Shown piece after piece: positions 61,453 to 64,000 of a stretch of 64,000 nt of DNA. The stretch comes from a virus (Duplodnaviria; Caudoviricetes): IMG/VR virus record IMGVR_UViG_3300029705_000021. One strand, given 5' to 3'. A program made the translations under genes and the position numbers. The notes beneath the pieces are model-generated. The model saw nothing but the letters and a program-made list of their open reading frames with translations. It did no database searches and was not told the DNA's origin. Within the stretch, counting starts at the first letter, position 1. Each line of letters begins with the position of its first letter.

Positions 61453-64000
61453 ATGGCAATTGAGAATGCTTTAGATTATGAAGGACTCAAATATTATGAC
61501 GGAAAATCAAAAGAACATATAAGTGATTCTATAACAGAATCCAATGCTTTTGATATTGCTTCAGGAGATTCTATATTTCTAAATAACAATAATGTTGATA
61601 GTGCATTGATTGATTTTAAGGGTTATGGTAGAAGTGAACAAGCAAACTATAGTGGAAAGAATTTGTTTGGTGGTTTGGAGTTTGCTAATGCTTTGGTTAA
61701 TAGTGGTGCTACAGCAACAATAGATACTACTAATAAGAAGGTAACATTAACAGCAAGCACTGATACAGCAAGCAAAGTATTTTATGATACATTTAATGAA
61801 AATACACAATACACATTTTTCTTAAAGGGTATTGGTAATACTTCGGGTAGTGGACATATAACAAATCTTAGAGTATGTTATACTGATGATACTAACGTAT
61901 TACTTAATTTTGCGAATGATGGAAGTCAAACGTTATTTGTAACAGATAGTAGTAAGAGTGTTAAGAGTTTAGTAGGTGTAAACAATGTTGGTATTGCAAC
62001 TTTTGAATATGAATACTTCGGTATACAAGAAGGTATATGTACCCTTGAAGATTTTGAACCATATGTAGGTGTACATTCTAGTCCTAGTCCAGATTACCCA
62101 CAAGATATTAAGTCTGTAGGCGATATGGGTTGGTTTGATGGAGAGTTGTTGCAGGGATATCGTGCAAAAGGAACTCTTACTTCAGTAACTAATCACGTTT
62201 GTAGCAAAAATTTTGTGCCTTGTAAAGAGGGAGATAACATTAAACTTGCTTATGAAGAAAATGTATCTCAGTTAGCTATATTTTTTTATGATGAAAATAT
62301 GGTATATATAAGTTCGTCATACAATACAAATCAAAGCGAATATGAAGTTATAGCACCGACTAATGCTTGTTACTTTGATTGGTTTATTAACAAGGGAAGT
62401 ATCACACCGAGCAACACAAAGAAGATAGTTGTAACGATAAATGGTACTTATGCTATTAAAATGAAGAGTACTGGAAAGAATTTGTTATCATCTGATAATA
62501 TAATTACATATATAAATGCTAATGTTAATAATGGTGTAGTAACACAAAGTTCTGCAGATACTGCAACATCAGTAGTGTTTAAATTACAGACTACTAAAAA
62601 TGATTCATATAATGGTGAAATATCATCTAATCTTACAGTAACTTCAACAGGTAGATATTCTAAAAAATTCACTAAGACTAAAGATTTTAATGGATTTAGA
62701 TTTGGTTTAAATGGTACTGATACAGATACATTGGTAAAATTTGGAGTTGAACATTTAATAGATGATAAAGAATATGTATTATCATTTGAAGTTACAAACA
62801 TAACACAGGGTAGTATTTCTTGGAAGAATATGCAACTTGAAATTGGTTCAGAAGCGACTGATTATGAATCTTATAAGGAAAACATTGAGTACATTCCAAT
62901 TAATGAACCTTTAAGAAGTATTAATAATGTTAGAGATGAAATAGTTTGTGTAGATAATGTTTATGGTGTTTTGAGAAAAAGTGGTTGTACACATGTTACT
63001 TCTGTTGCCAGCAAATACAATACAACTGCAACGAATTATTTCTATTATATAGAAACAATTAGTAATTTAAATTTGAAAACTATTGTACAATGTAATAATC
63101 TTATTAAAAATAATTATAGTCAGGTAAATGGTAAAGCAATAAGAAATGTTGGTTTAAGTATTTATCGAGGAAAACTTGGAATAAATGTTGGTTATTACTT
63201 ATCAGCAAATAACATTGATACAATGAATACATGGTTGGCTGAAAATCCTACATATATGTATTATCAATTAACAGAAACAGTATTTGAACCATTTGAAAAC
63301 CAAACAATATTTAATAACATTTTAGCTTACAATCCTACTCTTATCTCTGCAACAGATGATATGGAGATGGAAATCAAGTACTTTACTAATTCCGTTGATG
63401 GTCAATTAGCATATGAAGCAATTAATAAAGTTAAGAATGATTTAAATGAAGAAATTTTGAGTCTAGATGGAGATATTACTACTATAAATGATAATATTAC
63501 TAGAATAGATGGAGATATTACTACTATAAATGATAATATTACTAGAATAGATGAAGATATTACTACTTTAGATAAAAAAGTTGTTCTTAATAATACAGAA
63601 TTAAATGATACAATTAATAGTATGAATTTAAGTGATAAATCAGAAGGAAATAGTATACTTTTAACAAATAGTATTGATAGTGAAGTAATAGACTTTAAAG
63701 CTTATGGTAGAAGTGAACAAGTAAACTATACTGGTAAACATTTGTTAAAATCAACATTAACAACTACTACAAGTAATGGTGTAACTTGTACTGATAATGG
63801 TGATGGTACTTATGCGTTGAATGGTACACCAAGTGAAGATACTATTTTTAATGTATATGCAGACACCGATTTAATAAATTTATTAAATAATTATAATGGA
63901 CAAACATTAAATATAATTGGTGGTACATCAAGTTCTATAGCAGTTTGTATTTATATTAAGAGTGAAAGTACTGAATTTGAAAATACATCTCTTGACAGAA
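61453..64000 (+). CDS. Tail fibre / receptor-binding protein, 3' truncated by window (absent from ORF track)
   Basis: ATG after GGAGG, no stop noticed to window end; GKNL modules, PSPDYPQ, MQLEIGSEATDYE motifs; duplicated YGRSEQxNY(S/T)GK. Confidence 0.78.
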   Translation, partial: MAIENALDYEGLKYYDGKSKEHISDSITESNAFDIASGDSIFLNNNNVDSALIDFKGYGRSEQANYSGKNLFGGLEFANALVNSGATATIDTTNKKVTLTASTDTASKVFYDTFNENTQYTFFLKGIGNTSGSGHITNLRVCYTDDTNVLLNFANDGSQTLFVTDSSKSVKSLVGVNNVGIATFEYEYFGIQEGICTLEDFEPYVGVHSSPSPDYPQDIKSVGDMGWFDGELLQGYRAKGTLTSVTNHVCSKNFVPCKEGDNIKLAYEENVSQLAIFFYDENMVYISSSYNTNQSEYEVIAPTNACYFDWFINKGSITPSNTKKIVVTINGTYAIKMKSTGKNLLSSDNIITYINANVNNGVVTQSSADTATSVVFKLQTTKNDSYNGEISSNLTVTSTGRYSKKFTKTKDFNGFRFGLNGTDTDTLVKFGVEHLIDDKEYVLSFEVTNITQGSISWKNMQLEIGSEATDYESYKENIEYIPINEPLRSINNVRDEIVCVDNVYGVLRKSGCTHVTSVASKYNTTATNYFYYIETISNLNLKTIVQCNNLIKNNYSQVNGKAIRNVGLSIYRGKLGINVGYYLSANNIDTMNTWLAENPTYMYYQLTETVFEPFENQTIFNNILAYNPTLISATDDMEMEIKYFTNSVDGQLAYEAINKVKNDLNEEILSLDGDITTINDNITRIDGDITTINDNITRIDEDITTLDKKVVLNNTELNDTINSMNLSDKSEGNSILLTNSIDSEVIDFKAYGRSEQVNYTGKHLLKSTLTTTTSNGVTCTDNGDGTYALNGTPSEDTIFNVYADTDLINLLNNYNGQTLNIIGGTSSSIAVCIYIKSESTEFENTSLDR
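63466..63567 (+). repeat. 42-bp in-frame tandem repeat (DGDITTINDNITRI) x2.4
   Basis: Two exact copies plus a partial third; two heptads per unit. Confidence 0.85.

Noticed and set aside
1888-62801. Numerous short minus-strand and nested alternative-frame ORFs
   Set aside because: Shadows of long + strand genes with no recognisable motifs; no convincing minus-strand gene found

Overview
An AT-rich segment of a large SPbeta-like tailed phage of a low-GC Firmicute host (probably Clostridia). It uses the standard genetic code and essentially all genes are on the + strand. In order: wHTH protein, cysteine desulfurase, YonO-like single-subunit RNA polymerase, HU, a free-standing endonuclease, and an RNA-rich island. 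The island holds 8 tRNAs, a ~620-nt ROOL-like ncRNA, a degenerate HDV-like ribozyme and three stem-closed ACAGCAA elements. Next come a beta-CASP RNase, ClpP, a phosphoesterase, a compact pseudoknotted ncRNA and an HNH gene. An accessory block follows, with a tyrosine recombinase, three inverted-repeat-bounded ~150-175 bp cassettes and three baseplate/fibre-like genes. After tRNA-Thr lies the morphogenesis operon: terminase split by a group I intron, portal, protease/scaffold, capsid, neck, tail tube, tape measure, Dit, Tal, BppU, and a tail fibre running off the window end. The tape measure gene (~4,600 aa if spliced) is split by two group I introns and carries an ADP-ribosyltransferase-like insert. 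The most unusual signal is the recombinase-associated set of three cassettes, each bounded by its own inverted TAAA-N6-TTTA sites and filled with a 20-bp GG-centred palindrome. All calls come from reading the sequence; no database search was run.
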